Assembly: GCA_963727895.1 (NCBI GenBank)
Contig: CAVSHT010000003.1
Location: 192,001 to 256,000 of the forward strand
Direction of reading: 5' to 3'
From: an uncultured Methanosarcinaceae archaeon
Lineage (GTDB): Archaea > Halobacteriota > Methanosarcinia > Methanosarcinales > Methanosarcinaceae
Length of the DNA stretch: 64,000 nucleotides
Below the pieces are notes generated by a model. It was given only the letters and a program-made list of their open reading frames with translations. It was not told where the DNA came from and did not search any database. The translations under genes were made by a program, and so were the position numbers. Positions 9,743-22,887 of the stretch are shown one piece after another (within the stretch, counting starts at the first letter, position 1; each line of letters begins with the position of its first letter).

Positions 9743-12579
9743 TTACTTAACTGTAATATAACTGGTCTTTTTTATCAGACTACTACCAGCAGCGTTCTTT
9801 ACTGTTAAGCTCACCGTATATTTTCCAGCTTTAGTATACTTATGCGTTGGATTATAGGTTGTTGAAGTGCTTTTATCACCAAAGTTCCAATACCAGGAAG
9901 TGGGCGATCCTGTACTCTTATCAGTAAACTTCACATTCAAAGGATATTTCCCTGTGGTTGGAGATGCAGAAAAAGCAGCAACAGGTTTTGTTACAGTTAT
10001 AACATTTACGTAATTGGATTTTGTTACAGTGTTACTTCCAGCCGCATTCTTTACTGTTAAGCTGACAGTATATTTTCCTGCTTTAGTATATTGGTGTGTT
10101 GGGTTCTGAGCTGTTGAAGATGTTCCATCTCCTAAACTCCATTTCCAAAAAGTTGGCGATCCTGCGCTTTTATCAGTAAATTTTACTGTTAATGATGCTT
10201 TTCCTGAGGTAGGAGATGCAGAGAAAGAAGCAACTGGGGTTTTGAATATCTTGTTTCCGCTAATTATAGCATTTTTAATATTTTTTATTATGATTCCAGA
10301 AGGAGAATTCGACGTAGCAACGTTTATTAAGATATTATTTTGGCATTGTTACTCAAATATATCTAGTTCTTTATTTCTTTATTTCATCAATAGAATAACC
10401 GAGTACTTTAGCATTTCAAGACTTTTTGTATAACACTTTGTCTTTCTTCTCAATCTTGCCAGGAAATGCCTCAATATGCTGTTATATCCTTCAACAGTAT
10501 ACGTTTCTGCTTTTGATTGAGTATGACTCTTTTCAGGAAGAAACTCTGCATATGCCCTCCAGTGATCTGTCATCACTTCTCCAATCTCTTTTTTCTTCAA
10601 TTTTTCCCAGAGTAGTTTTCCAGTTTCCGTTCCTCTGCTACCAAAAGAGCAGTTGATGAACTTTTTCCCAACTCTATCAACAGCAATCCAGATCCAGCAA
10701 TATTTTTTTTGTTACCGATGTAAGTGTGCATTTCATCCATTTCAACAATAGATATCTCATTTTCACTTTTTAGGTCCTCTAACTCCTGACCAAATTTCTT
10801 TATCCGTTTTTGGACAGAAACATGACTCACCCCTAAAACTCTTCCTATTGAACGAAAGCCCAATCTTTCAAGGTAAAGTTGTAAAGCCTGTCTTTTTACA
10901 AAAGCGGAAAAAGCAGTTGATTTTAGCTCTACTGTATAGTTATAGCCACAATCAGAGCATTTGTACCGTTGACAACCACCAACTATACCGTTCTTTTTGT
11001 GACTGGAACTATTGCATTTTGGGCAGTTAATGAAGAAATATACTTTCTTATATAACTATGTTTAAGTATCAATACCATTATTTTGTATTTTTACAACGCC
11101 ATTTTTGAAAGAATTTCCATCTATATATATTCCTTCTTGTTTTAAGTTCGAAAATGTGTTTTTAGAGATATTTAAGTTTACCCCATTTATTAAAAACCTC
11201 TGATACACTCCTTTATTTGAAAGATTACTAAAAGTGTTATTATCTATTATTATGTCCCTAAAACTCCCTTTATTTGGAAACTCAATTCCATAAGTTCCTT
11301 TATTTTGAATATTGTCTCTTATTATAAGCGTGTTATCAATTCCATCTCCTCCTTTATACATGTCACCTGACATACCATTAAACGTGTTATTTTCGTAGAT
11401 GTGTACTCCATCATTTACTCCACCACGTTTGAATATTCCTCCATATCCACCATAAATTAAATTACTAGAAAAAGTGGACTGTTGTGTGCCATCTGCAAAT
11501 GCATAATGGTTTGGAAGTTGAGGATAGATCTTATTTCCAGTTACTACAAAATCAATAACAACAGCATGAGCATCAACAACAATAGCACCAGTCACTTTAG
11601 CTCCTATCAGTGTGTTATTGGCGATAAAAACGTCTCTATCTAAGGATTTGCGCTCGTCTGAATTGCCTGTTACAGTATGCCTGCAATTCTCAATGTGATT
11701 ATGGGTTATAGTTACAAAAGCAGAACCGCTAGCTACATTTATACCATATCCACAGTCAGAATGAAGTGCATTATACATCTCATTATTACTAACGCTCACA
11801 TTAAAACAAGAGTATAAGCAAAGATCATCAAATCCACTATTATTGAACCAGGAATTTGTGACTGAACTATCCTTGCAATATTGTAGAACGAGTCCATGAT
11901 GAATTGTTGTAGAGCCTGTATCCTCTATTCTTATATTTTTTATATTCATTTGAATAGGTCTGTATACTTCAACCTGTACATTCTCGGATAATTTGTAATC
12001 TCTAAGAAGTGGTTGATTTAATGTGACGACATTTCCCTTTACACTTTTAACAGCATACATTTCTCCTGTCATTTGGTCAGGATAATCCGAAGGACACCAC
12101 TGAACATTTTTCCAAATTTTAATTAAGTCGTTCTTGCGAACCTGGGAAGCATCAGTTAATACAATTTGAGAAGAACCTTTTTTCGCATTAGCAGATAGAT
12201 TTGTGTTTGTAATATTTGATCCATTGAAAAAAATTTCTCTATTTACTTCTTTATTCATTCCTCTATCTGGAGTTTGAAGATGAAGGGTTACTTTCTCTTT
12301 GCCTATTATATTCAGACTCTTATTTGTTTGATATATTTCTTCTGGGAGATAATAATCTCCTCCGTAGATAGTTATTGTATCCCCACTTTTCGAATAATTC
12401 AATGCTGCCTGAATGCAAGCTGAATCGTTTTCGTAATTAGGCGTATGAAAAAGATTTGATCCATCTGGTTCAGTCTGTTTGTCAATAACGATATTTGCTG
12501 CCAAAGCTGAAGAGCTACTTAACGAAAGAAAAATAAAAATTAAAATAAATATTATCATAAAAGTTTTTAAATTTTTCAT
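9743..12579 (-). pseudogene. Secreted cell-surface protein (parallel beta-helix repeats plus two PKD domains) interrupted by IS1
   Basis: Signal peptide and Asn-rich beta-helix-like repeats; removing IS 10342-11076 and one target copy restores ...KIQNN-ILINV...PVASFSASP...WNFGD...YTVSLTV to the stop at 9743. Confidence 0.88.
10342..11076 (-). mobile_element. IS1-family copy B with perfect 8-bp target duplication
   Basis: Ends GGCATTGTTACTCAAA / GGTATTGATACTTAAA; ATTATTTT at 10334-10341 and 11077-11084; ATT in place of ATG. Confidence 0.95.
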
Positions 12580-13231
12580 TCTAGTTTCTCCTACATTTTT
12601 TTAATTTAAATCTGATCGTAAAATTAAATTTGGTTCTGTAATTGGGAATAAAACTTGCATAATTGAAATGAAAAACAGCGGGCGTTAAGCAATTAAATGT
12701 CTAAAATGTAAATTCAAACCATAATGCCTAAGATGTTTGATTTTATACATCCGTAACTCATATGAGATAACTTAAGGTCAACGTATACCTTAATTCCGAA
12801 AAGATTTATGATTTTAATTTACAACTGACATTGTCCATTATCCAGCTATAGAAATTATTTGAATTTTAAGACAGCCTATTAAGAGTGTATTAAAGCTAAT
12901 TTGAATCTACAATTGAATCGTAAGCAATGTTTCCTATATCTGTGCAAAGTAACCTTTTTTAAAATTAAGTTATTATTGACTTTCGGAATGTACTGATCTT
13001 ATAAACTTATAAATTATATATAAAAATTCAAATAGATTAAGATTCTGATCTGAGATCACTAAATTATGGATTGCTGGACTAAAATACTGGATTTCTAAAT
13101 GAAAAAATTCCCTTAAATAAAACTTAATATTCAATATCCAAATTTAATCATGAATATGTGTTCAAAGGACTGTAACCAACTTAAAATCTGGTCTTATCTG
13201 TAGATTATTGATTTAATCCGAAAAACGATTT

Positions 13232-13268
13232 GAATCACCACTAAGTCTTTAGCTCTGTGGTATTTCAC
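13232..13268 (+). mobile_element. Possible solo IS200/IS605-family right-end hairpin
   Basis: gaatcaccactaagtctttagctctgtggtatttcac: imperfect hairpin ending in TTCAC, resembling tnpB element right ends. Confidence 0.45.
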
Positions 13269-13360
13269 GATACAGGGAAAATTGAGAGAAAGGCAGCATA
13301 TTAAGGCAGAGAAACTCTACCATAATTATAATCCTTAAAAAAGTGTTTGAATTTAGTTTA

Positions 13361-13432
13361 TAACCACGGAAAGCACGGAAGAATTGTTCCCCCACTTCCT
13401 TTATCCTGTGTTTTTCGTACTTTCTGTGGTTA
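13361..13432. repeat. Inverted repeat of the AACCACGGAA-type intergenic element downstream of nifN
   Basis: taaccacggaaagcacggaa ... ttcgtactttctgtggtta. Confidence 0.6.
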
Positions 13433-13511
13433 ACCTTTCAATTTAGATTGGTGAAGATAGATTAGTGAAGAATTTTGGTCCTTGACTCTACAAGCACCAG
13501 TTCTTTTCCAC

Positions 13512-14964
13512 TCAGCGAAGTCCTTCTATACATTCTTCTTCGCTTGTCTTTTCAGTGTATGCTGCCGGTTCTGCCTGTCTTGGAGCAGTGGCCTGTCTTG
13601 GAGCAGTGAAAGTATCAGTAGCTTCCAGAATTTCGTTGGTGATTCTGTCAAGCAGTTCCATAGATCCTCTGTATCCTACAGAAAGGATGCGTTGTGCACC
13701 GACTCTATCATGTATTGGCAAGCCAATTCTTACAAGGGGGATATTCCTGGATTTTGCAATATATCTACCATTGGAATTTCCAATCATGATTTCTGGATTA
13801 CATTCACTTACTGCATCGTTAAAGGTATCAAAGTCAATTCCTTTCAGAACCACAGGTTTAAGTTCTGGGTTTATTTTCTCAACTATTTGTTTGACTTTCT
13901 CTTCAAAGTCTCGACTTTTACTTCCGGTTGCTATCAACACGGGGTTCATTCCAAGTTCCAGCATGAAGGTTGTGAGACTAAATACAAGATCAGGATCTCC
14001 GTAGACCGCGGCTTTTAAACCATAAAGGTACTTGTGTACATCAACCATAGAGTCAAGGAGTCTACCTCTTTCTTTCTGATATTTCTCAGGGATAGGACAT
14101 CCAAGAATCTTTACCAGCTCAGTGAAGAAACTATCAGTGTTTGAAAGGCCTATTGGGATTGAAACATTATATCCGGAAACTCCATGCACTCCTTCCAGAT
14201 AGTTAACGGCTAAGTTCTTACTAACTGTGCCCAGGCCCAGACTTGCCTGACTGTTTGGCATGTCAGCAATTTCGGAAAGTGGGGTACCACCAGGTGCAAT
14301 TTTCGGAAGATCTTCTCTTAGTGGAGCATCAAAGGTTTCTGAAATATCGGGCAGGAAAATATAATCTCCAGCCATAACATCGAAGATCTCTTTAAGTTCT
14401 CGTACATCAGCAGGAGAGAGGCTTTCAACCGGGATGACGTTAAGTTTTCCATTCGGGAATTTTTACGGCTTTATCATCTTCAGATTTTTCCGCAAATTTC
14501 CTGACAACTGCGTCTATAGCTTTTATATACCCGCTTACATGGCTTTCCCCATAGCTGGGAGTGGAAACCGGAACGATTATAATATCTTTTTCAGGGTCAT
14601 TTCCAATCTCTTGTTCTTCTTTAAATTCCCGGATAATCGCAGGCACATCGTCCCCAATTGTTTCGGCAAGGCAGGTAGTGGCAACTCCGATTACTTTCGG
14701 ATTATATCTGTTGATTACATTTCTTAGCCCTTTTTTCAGGTTATCCCTGCCTCCGTAAACTGCTCCTTTTTCGCTGAGGGAGCTTGATGCAATATCTACG
14801 GGTTCCCTGAAGTGGTGGGCAAGAAGCAGGCGCATGTAGGTGCTGCAGCCCTGAGAGCCATGATAAAGAACCATAGTATTCTCAATTCCCTTGAACGCAA
14901 GGGCGCTTCCCATGGGCTGGCACATAACACAGGGGTTCACAGTTGCATAGTTTCTTTTCGTCAT
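13512..14964 (-). CDS. nifN: Nitrogenase FeMo-co scaffold subunit NifN; +1 frameshift near 14455
   Basis: NPCVMCQPMG, HGSQGCSTY, ERGRLLDSMVD; removing one base gives 484 codons; C-terminal 18-bp duplication at 13573-13608. Confidence 0.9.
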
Positions 14965-14976
14965 CTCAATGTCTCC

Positions 14977-16536
14977 TCATACCTGACTCTCAATTGCAGT
15001 ATCGGATTTCTGGTGCACAAATTCAGGTTTCAGGAGTATATTTTTACACTTCTTTGTGTAATTTTCTCCGGAAGTCCTTTCTTCTACTGCCGCTTTCTCA
15101 ATTCGATTTAATTTTTCTTCTGATTCTACTGCTTCGGGTTTCAGGATCCGCTGCCTTACAGCATTCCATACCGGGCTGCTGATTGAAGCATCCACTTCCC
15201 GTGCAAAGTTTACAGAAGCCATCAAAGCCTTCAAATTCCACCACTCTATCGTGGTTGAAGTCACAGAAAGCGATTCCAAGCTTGTATGCAATAAATCTCT
15301 CTTTTACACCTGCAACCATCAGGTCAGCTTTCTGTTCTATGAGCAATTCGGCAAGTTCAAGGGGATTTGCATCATCAACAATAACTGTTCCGTCTCTCAC
15401 TGAATAACTAATCTGCTCGTAATCTTCTTTTTTCCCGGTCTGGGTTCCGATAATAACTACTTCCATACCAAGTTCGGCAAAGCCTTTGATAAGCGTGAGA
15501 GCTTTTGCAGGTCCTCCCATGTAAATGGCGGCTTTCTTTCCTTTGACCCTTTCCCTGATTCTGGATATTTCAGGCATTATACGGTTTATTTCAGTCTCCA
15601 GAATTTTCTCTGCTTTTTTCATTCATCTCTTCGGAGCCAAAATAATCTACAGTCCTCCTCATGGCTAAGGAAATATCTTCAATTCCGAAGAAACTTGCAT
15701 TTATATAGGGGATTCCGCATTCTTGCTGCATCCATTTTGCAAGATATGTCATAGATCCACTGCATTGAACAAGGTTAAGGTCTGCTTCAGCTGCTCTGGA
15801 TATGGCTTCTGCGGTTGAGTCCCCTGTCATTGAGACTATGACTTCGATTCCCATTTGCTCAAAGAGGGGCTTTACGAGCCAGACATCTCCAGCCACATTA
15901 AATTCCCCTAAAATGTTAATCTTTGGCTTTATGGTTTCAGGAGCTCTAGGACTTTTTTTCTCAGTTTCTTCCTTCGAAGGTCTTTTGATCAACTTTTTTA
16001 AGGCATCACAGGCAGCTTTGTATCCGTCGGCCTTATTTCCTTTGAAACCTTCAGATTTTACAGGGATTACAGGAGTATTATGTTTCTGACTTGCAGTTTT
16101 ACACACAGACTCCAGATCATCTCCAATAATTCCAACTATGCATGTGGAATACACAAAAATGACAGGAGGGTGGTAGAGCTCCAACCAGTTCATCAATAGC
16201 ACTTGAGAGTTTTTTCTCTCCACCAAATACCACATCAAGCTCTTTCATATCAGTGCTAAAGCTAGTGCGGTTCGTTTCGACTCCACTGGACTTTGCACCT
16301 CTTATATCCCAGGTATAACCTGCACAGCCGATTGGACCGTGGACCAGGTGGACAGCATCGGTTACAGGGTTTAAGACAACCCTGGCTCCCGAATAAACAC
16401 AGGCTCTCTGGCTAATAGCTCCAGCAAGAGAATTATTGTCACAGGCAAGGGGAATTCCTTGCCCCTTTTCCTGTTTTTTAGCAATATATGGTTTTCTTTC
16501 TTCGAGAGTATCCACTATCCCAATTTTCTCTTCCAT
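14977..16536 (-). CDS. nifE: Nitrogenase FeMo-co scaffold subunit NifE; three +1 frameshifts (~16183, ~15622, ~15214)
   Basis: SQRACVYSGA, HGPIGCAGY, VQCSGS motifs; position between nifK and nifN. Confidence 0.9.
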
Positions 16537-16612
16537 TTCTTTCACTCCCCTCTGCTTCGATTTTCAGGTTTGCAGCGGCAGTTCTCCAGTTACTCGTTTA
16601 AATTAGAAGTCT

Positions 16613-17983
16613 TTACTCGATGGTTTCAAGCAGCCAGTCTGGAGCATCCCTGTCTTTCCTGTCAAGAAGGGTATTTCCTATACGCTCTACGAGTCTTGCA
16701 GCTCCTGCGTATCCCATTATTGGGAAGTAATGCAGATTTGCTCTGTCCATAATCGGGAAACCTACCCTAATCAATGGTACATCTTCTGCCCTTGCTATGA
16801 ATTTCCCGTAGGTATTGCCTATAAGGAGATCAACACGTTTTCTCTTGATTATCTGGTGAAGAGTGAACATGTCTCCTCCGGAAATTACATCAGCCTCCGG
16901 ATACTCTGAGTCTATTATTCCATGGATTTCTTTTTCAAACTCAGAACTTTGAGTTCCTGTAAGTACTACAGCAGGCTCCATGCCCATTTCCATCACAAGA
17001 CTGGTCAGACCGGTAAGGATATCCGGATCTCCGTAAAGAGCTACCCTTTTTCCGTGATAGTGTGGATGAGCATCGGTCATCATATCCACAAGCCTTCCTC
17101 TCTCGTCTTCAAGCTCGGGAGGAATTGCCACATTGGCAAGCTTTGCCGCGTTCATTATGAAACGGTCTGTGTTCCTGATTCCTATGGGAGTAGGCCCTCT
17201 TTTTGCCGGAACCTTGTAGCGTTTTTCAAGGATCTTTGCAGCTGATCCTCCTGCCATTTTGCAGGGGGCAAGTGTTCCGAAGGAATTTGCAGAGTCCTCT
17301 ATATCTCCTATCGGAGTTCCACCTTTTGGATACATCCCAGGTTCGCCGGTAAGTGGTGCATCAAAGACGTCAGTAGTATCGGGAAACACAATGCTGGAAA
17401 TTCCCATTATTGAGAGTATGCGTTTCATTTCCCTTATGTCCCCAGGTTCTACAAAACCGGGGATAAGGTTTAGTTTCCCGTTTGGTTTGCTCTTTTTGGC
17501 AAAGGTGGTTACAAAGGCCTTTACCATGTTGTCATAGCCGGTAATATGGGTGCCCACGTAACTCGGGGTAGAAGCTGCACAGATCTTAATTGAAGGATCT
17601 ATGAGTTCTTCAGCTCTTACATCTTCTAAGATGACACCTACGTCGTCACCTATTGTTTCGGCTACGCAGGTGGTATGAATGGCAATTACTTCAGGTTTGT
17701 AGATTGCAGTCAGGTTTCCAAGGGCTTCCTTAAGGTTTGCAGCGCCTCCGAAAACTGCAGTCCCTTCTGAGAAACTGCTGGTAGTTGCCATGGCAGCTTC
17801 TCGGTAGTGTCTGCTTAAGCACATACGCAGGTAGGAGAGGCACCCCTGGGATCCGTGACTGTGCGGCATGCAGTTGTGTACACCAAGAGCTGCATAGACT
17901 GCGCCTATTGGCTGGCAGATTTTTGCAGGGTTAATGGTTACTGCTTCTCTGGTTACTTCTTCACATGGGGTATAGTCTAACAT
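16613..17983 (-). CDS. nifK: Nitrogenase MoFe protein beta chain
   Basis: Intact 456 aa; INPAKICQP, HGSQGC, TTCVAETIGDD. Confidence 0.95.
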   Translation of the reverse strand: MLDYTPCEEVTREAVTINPAKICQPIGAVYAALGVHNCMPHSHGSQGCLSYLRMCLSRHYREAAMATTSSFSEGTAVFGGAANLKEALGNLTAIYKPEVIAIHTTCVAETIGDDVGVILEDVRAEELIDPSIKICAASTPSYVGTHITGYDNMVKAFVTTFAKKSKPNGKLNLIPGFVEPGDIREMKRILSIMGISSIVFPDTTDVFDAPLTGEPGMYPKGGTPIGDIEDSANSFGTLAPCKMAGGSAAKILEKRYKVPAKRGPTPIGIRNTDRFIMNAAKLANVAIPPELEDERGRLVDMMTDAHPHYHGKRVALYGDPDILTGLTSLVMEMGMEPAVVLTGTQSSEFEKEIHGIIDSEYPEADVISGGDMFTLHQIIKRKRVDLLIGNTYGKFIARAEDVPLIRVGFPIMDRANLHYFPIMGYAGAARLVERIGNTLLDRKDRDAPDWLLETIE

Positions 17984-17995
17984 TTTTCTCTCTCC

Positions 17996-19601
17996 TTACT
18001 CCATATCTTCTGGCTTTCCAGGGCGGGCGTATGAACCTCCAGGTTGGGCTGTGCAGAGCCATATCAATGTCCCTTGCAAAGTTCAAGACTCCGGAAAATC
18101 CTGTGTATCTTCCACTGTAATCGTATGAGTGGATCTGCCTTGACGGAATTCCAAGCTTCTGAGCCCAGTACTTATCCTTGATCCCGGAGCAGAAGATATC
18201 GGGTTTAAGGGCTTTTACAAGAGCTTCAGTCTCGTGATGGTTAAGATCATCAATAACAATGGTTCCATCTTTCATATCAGGAAAAAGCCCTTCATAGTCC
18301 ATGAGCCCGATTTTCTTTTTCAGCTCTTCAATCCTTTCCGGACTGACTGCGGGTTCGATGCTTTCGTCCCTTTCGTAGTGCACATCCTCCAGCATGGAGC
18401 CAAGAGCATTTCCCTTGATCTGAGGTATGATCTGTCTGCCTTCGTAGTCGTCTCTGTGGGCAAACTGATAACCTGCAACAACTACTTTCATGCCAAGTTC
18501 TTCGAAGAGGTTCTCATAGTGGTGACTCCTGGAGCCTCCGGAATAGATAAAGGCGGTTTTTCCCTGGAGTTTCTTTCTGTACCTCTCGATTTCATCCTTA
18601 TACTTTGCTTTTTCTTCGGCAATTGTTTCTTCAGTTTTCCTGGTAAGTTCCGGATCGTCAAAGTACTCTGCCATTTTCCGAAGGGATTTTTCGGTACCTT
18701 TCGTGCCTATGTAATTGACCTTCAGCCAGGGAAGTCCGTATTTTTCTTCCATCATGCGGTTCGTGTAGTTGATAGAACGATGGCACAGCAGGATACTGAG
18801 CTTTGCCCTGTGAGCCTGTGCAAGTTTATGGAAAGAACCGTCTCCGGTGAAGGTTGAGACAATTCTGTACCCTATTTTTTCAAGGATTGGCTTTACTTCC
18901 CAGAAGTCTCCTCCTATATTGTATTCTCCGAATACGTTGATGTCAAAGGGTGTTGGATTTTCAAGTTCCTCGGTCCCGATCAGGTTTTCCATCAGGACAT
19001 TGCTTGCAATGTGGTGTCCTGCTGACTGACTAACTCCTCTGTATCCTTCACAGCGTGGAGGGGATAACCTTGATCCCATACTCTTTTTCAGCTTCTCTTG
19101 CCAACGGCTTCAATGTCATCTCCAATAAGTCCTACAGGGCAGGTTGCAGAGATGCTGATTGCTTCAGGGTTGAAGATCTTTACAATCTCATCAATGGCTT
19201 TCTTTAGTTTCTTCTCTCCACCAAAGACGATATCAGTTTCCTTCATGTCGGTGCATACGCAGTAGTTACTGAAAGTTGTCTTCACCTTCCTCTGCTTTTG
19301 CAAGGTTTCGCCTGGTTCCCCAGGTATAAGTATGCACAGCCTATAGGACCGTGAACTAGGTGTACCATGTCCTTGATCGGCCCGAAGACCACACCTTTCG
19401 AACCTGCAAAAGCGCATCCGCGGTTTGTAAGGATACCTGGAATTACCTTGTCGTCTGGCTTCGATATGCTGTTCGGTGGAACAGTCCCTAACAACTATGT
19501 GTTTTCTTCTGTTCCTTGCAGCCTTTTCCGGGAGCACTTTTAACATTTCATCGACAAGCTTTTGTTCTGTCTTCAATTCCCGAATCTATTTCTGCTCCCA
19601 T
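17996..19601 (-). CDS. nifD: Nitrogenase MoFe protein alpha chain (group II insertion type); seven +1 frameshifts in this sequence
   Basis: [28 protein letters not shown] and IHSYDY ligand motifs; 1606 nt minus 7 = 533 codons; no vnfG/anfG between D and K. Confidence 0.92.
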
Positions 19602-19978
19602 TAAACCAACTCCTTATTTACGGTCGCCTCTCCGCTTTCTCCAGTCCGGATGCGGATTGCTTCAGTAACGTTTGACACGAAAATCTTTCCATCTCCTGCA
19701 TTTCCGGTCTGGTTAACCTCTATGATTTTCTGGACCACTTCGTTTACGTTTTCGTCATCCACAACGATGGTGAACATGCGTTTTGGAATGAAACGAATAC
19801 AGGTCTCAGCTTCCTTTTCCGGATTTGGCAGAGGTGGATTAAATTCAAAGCAGAGCCCTTTTTGTTTTCCGCGGCCCATAACCCTTCTTACGGTAAACGA
19901 AGGAAAGCCGCACTCAAGCAGGACATCTTTAGTTTTCTGGACTTTATTCATCCTGATTATCGCAGTAATCTCTTTCAT
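19601..19978 (-). CDS. nifI2: PII-like nitrogenase regulator NifI2
   Basis: [12 protein letters not shown]...GRGKQKG...GDGKIFV; position between nifH and nifD. Confidence 0.92.
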   Translation of the reverse strand: MKEITAIIRMNKVQKTKDVLLECGFPSFTVRRVMGRGKQKGLCFEFNPPLPNPEKEAETCIRFIPKRMFTIVVDDENVNEVVQKIIEVNQTGNAGDGKIFVSNVTEAIRIRTGESGEATVNKELV

Positions 19979-20003
19979 GGGATTTTTCTCCGAAAATCCG
20001 GCT

Positions 20004-20322
20004 TTAAAGTCCTGGTTTTCCAGTCCTTATGGTATAGGCTTCTTCCACAGGGGTTACGAAGATCCTACCGTCTCCGTATTTTCCGGTTCTGGCGGACTCC
20101 ATTATGGTTTGTACAGCCCTGTCTTTATGTTCGTCTTCTACCACAAGCATGAGCATGGTCTTCTGCAGTTCATCGTAGGTCGATATCTGCTATATGGATC
20201 CCTTTCTGCTTTCCTCTTCCGAAGACTTCCATTTTTGTAAGGGAAATGCAGCCCTCTTTTTCAAGGCTCTCGATAACCTTAGTTTCCATGCCTGGTCTGA
20301 TAATTGCACGTATCATCTGCAT
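20004..20322 (-). CDS. nifI1: PII-like nitrogenase regulator NifI1; +1 frameshift near 20179 (not in the ORF track)
   Basis: Manual translation [11 protein letters not shown]...VFGRGKQKG...YDELQKTML...GDGRIFV...TIRTG; 319 nt = 106 codons + 1. Confidence 0.9.
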
Positions 20323-20350
20323 AGTTTTTAGCTCCTCTGCATCTCAACAA

Positions 20351-21206
<856 letters not shown>

Positions 21207-21209
21207 CTA

Positions 21210-21254
21210 GGAAGCCGGTATCCGTTGTACTATCCAATAGTATATATATCTTTC
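21210..21254 (-). promoter_or_regulatory. nif promoter (BRE/TATA) with NrpR-operator-like site
   Basis: GGAA-GCCGGT-ATCC at 21210-21223 (one mismatch to GGAA-N6-TTCC); minus strand GAAAGATATATATA at 21241-21254. Confidence 0.65.
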
Positions 21255-21371
21255 TATTCATTAGAAAATCTATTATCATTAATTGTCTTTTTTTGCAAGT
21301 TTCAGGAAAGGATTAATAAATGGTTTCTTGTAAATTGAAAAACATAAAATGAATAACAGGAAGACCTTTTC

Positions 21372-22562
21372 ATGATCCCTGAAGCCTCTTATGATGTAAT
21401 CGTTGTGGGCGCAGGCCCTGCAGGTTCTACAGCCGCCATGTATGCCGCAGAGAACGGCGCCTCGGTTCTGCTTCTTGATAAAAAACGAGAGATTGGCAGC
21501 CCTATTCAGTGTGCTGGTTTTCTTCCAGATGCTTCGGAAGTACAGGCTTTGCTCCGTGATGCCAGACTTCCGGATACACTGAAAAATTACCCTGATTCCT
21601 GTGTTCTGCAGCGAATTGAGACTCAGCGTATTGTTCCCCCAAACTGCAATATAAAAGAGTTTGCTGTCAAGGGTACAGTCCTTGACAGGTGCAGATTTGA
21701 TCAGTTCCTTGCCGAGCAAGCATCAAGAGCAGGTGCTAAACTGATGATTAAGACTCGCGTAACGAAAATTGAGGGTACTACTGTTGAAACTTCAGGGGTC
21801 TTTGGGAAACACAAGATTAAAGCAAAAGCTATCATAGGAGCCGACGGTCCTAATTCTCTGGTTGCAAAATCAAAAGGGTTTGCCCTTAAGCCCGAATCAA
21901 GGGAAACCTCGGTTGCTATTGAATATCAGGTCAGGAATGTGGATATTGACTCTTCTGCTCTGGAGATGTATTTCGGAAAGGATCTTGTACCGGGTGGTTA
22001 CGCCTGGATTTTTCCCGAAGGCAAGGATCGGGCAAATGTAGGAGTAGGAATTCGAAGCGGAATGGCTGAAAAAGGTATTTCTGCAAAAGAATATCTTAAC
22101 CGTTTTATGCGGGATCATCCGCTTGCAGGACCAAAATTGAAAAACGGTATAGTCATGAATGTAATTGCAGGCATTATCCCTGTGAGTGGTGCTCCTGAAA
22201 GAACTGCAACTGAAAACACTCTGATTGTAGGGGATGCAGCCGGCCAGATTTTTGCAACAAACGGAGGGGGAATTCCTCCTGCAATGATTGCCGGAAAAGT
22301 AGCAGGAGAAACTGCAGCCGAATTTGCAGTCGGAAAATGCAGGCTTGAAGAATATGATCGCCGCTGGCGATCTCAGTTCGGAGAGGCGCTTGAAACGTCG
22401 GTGCAGGCAAGGCAGCTCATGGATGGAATTATGAAATCTGATACTCTTATGAATGCAGCTTTCAAACTTATTTCCCCTGAGCAGATGAAAGTCATGCAGT
22501 GCGGAAAACTTCCAGGCCCCGTAAAATTTGGACTTCAGACACTGAACTGGAAAAAGAAGTAA
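21372..22562 (+). CDS. Geranylgeranyl reductase family FAD-dependent oxidoreductase
   Basis: DVIVVGAGPAGS, PIQCAG, PGGYAWIFP, VGDAAG...GGGI. Confidence 0.9.
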   Translation: MIPEASYDVIVVGAGPAGSTAAMYAAENGASVLLLDKKREIGSPIQCAGFLPDASEVQALLRDARLPDTLKNYPDSCVLQRIETQRIVPPNCNIKEFAVKGTVLDRCRFDQFLAEQASRAGAKLMIKTRVTKIEGTTVETSGVFGKHKIKAKAIIGADGPNSLVAKSKGFALKPESRETSVAIEYQVRNVDIDSSALEMYFGKDLVPGGYAWIFPEGKDRANVGVGIRSGMAEKGISAKEYLNRFMRDHPLAGPKLKNGIVMNVIAGIIPVSGAPERTATENTLIVGDAAGQIFATNGGGIPPAMIAGKVAGETAAEFAVGKCRLEEYDRRWRSQFGEALETSVQARQLMDGIMKSDTLMNAAFKLISPEQMKVMQCGKLPGPVKFGLQTLNWKKK

Positions 22563-22887
22563 CTAAGGTAGAAATATGAAAAAGAATAAGCTGTATGAAA
22601 CTAAATAATAAATAATCCCTGCAGAAAAATACTCAAATCTACTACCTGTAGATTGAAAACGACAAATTTATCCGATAAGTAACAGCAATCTTGAATTATT
22701 GTCCAGTTTGATTTTCGCCTGAATTTTGAGATTTCTATAGGGCCAATTAAAGGATTATTTATATATTTGACTTCATCATGAAATCCTTCTCATATTTTTT
22801 GCAATGGAAATAATTCTTTTTATATTTTTCTGTATATACATAAAACTGTTCTGTTTATATACATTCTAAGTTTTTCTATTTTTTAGG

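Noticed and set aside
17996..19601. Programmed frameshifting, RNA editing or a naturally split nifD
   Set aside because: The insertion sites share no slippery motif and seven events would be needed; sequence error or decay is simpler
16613..19601. Alternative (V or Fe-only) nitrogenase
   Set aside because: No G-subunit gene between D and K; HSYDY ligand context and nifEN fit the Mo enzyme
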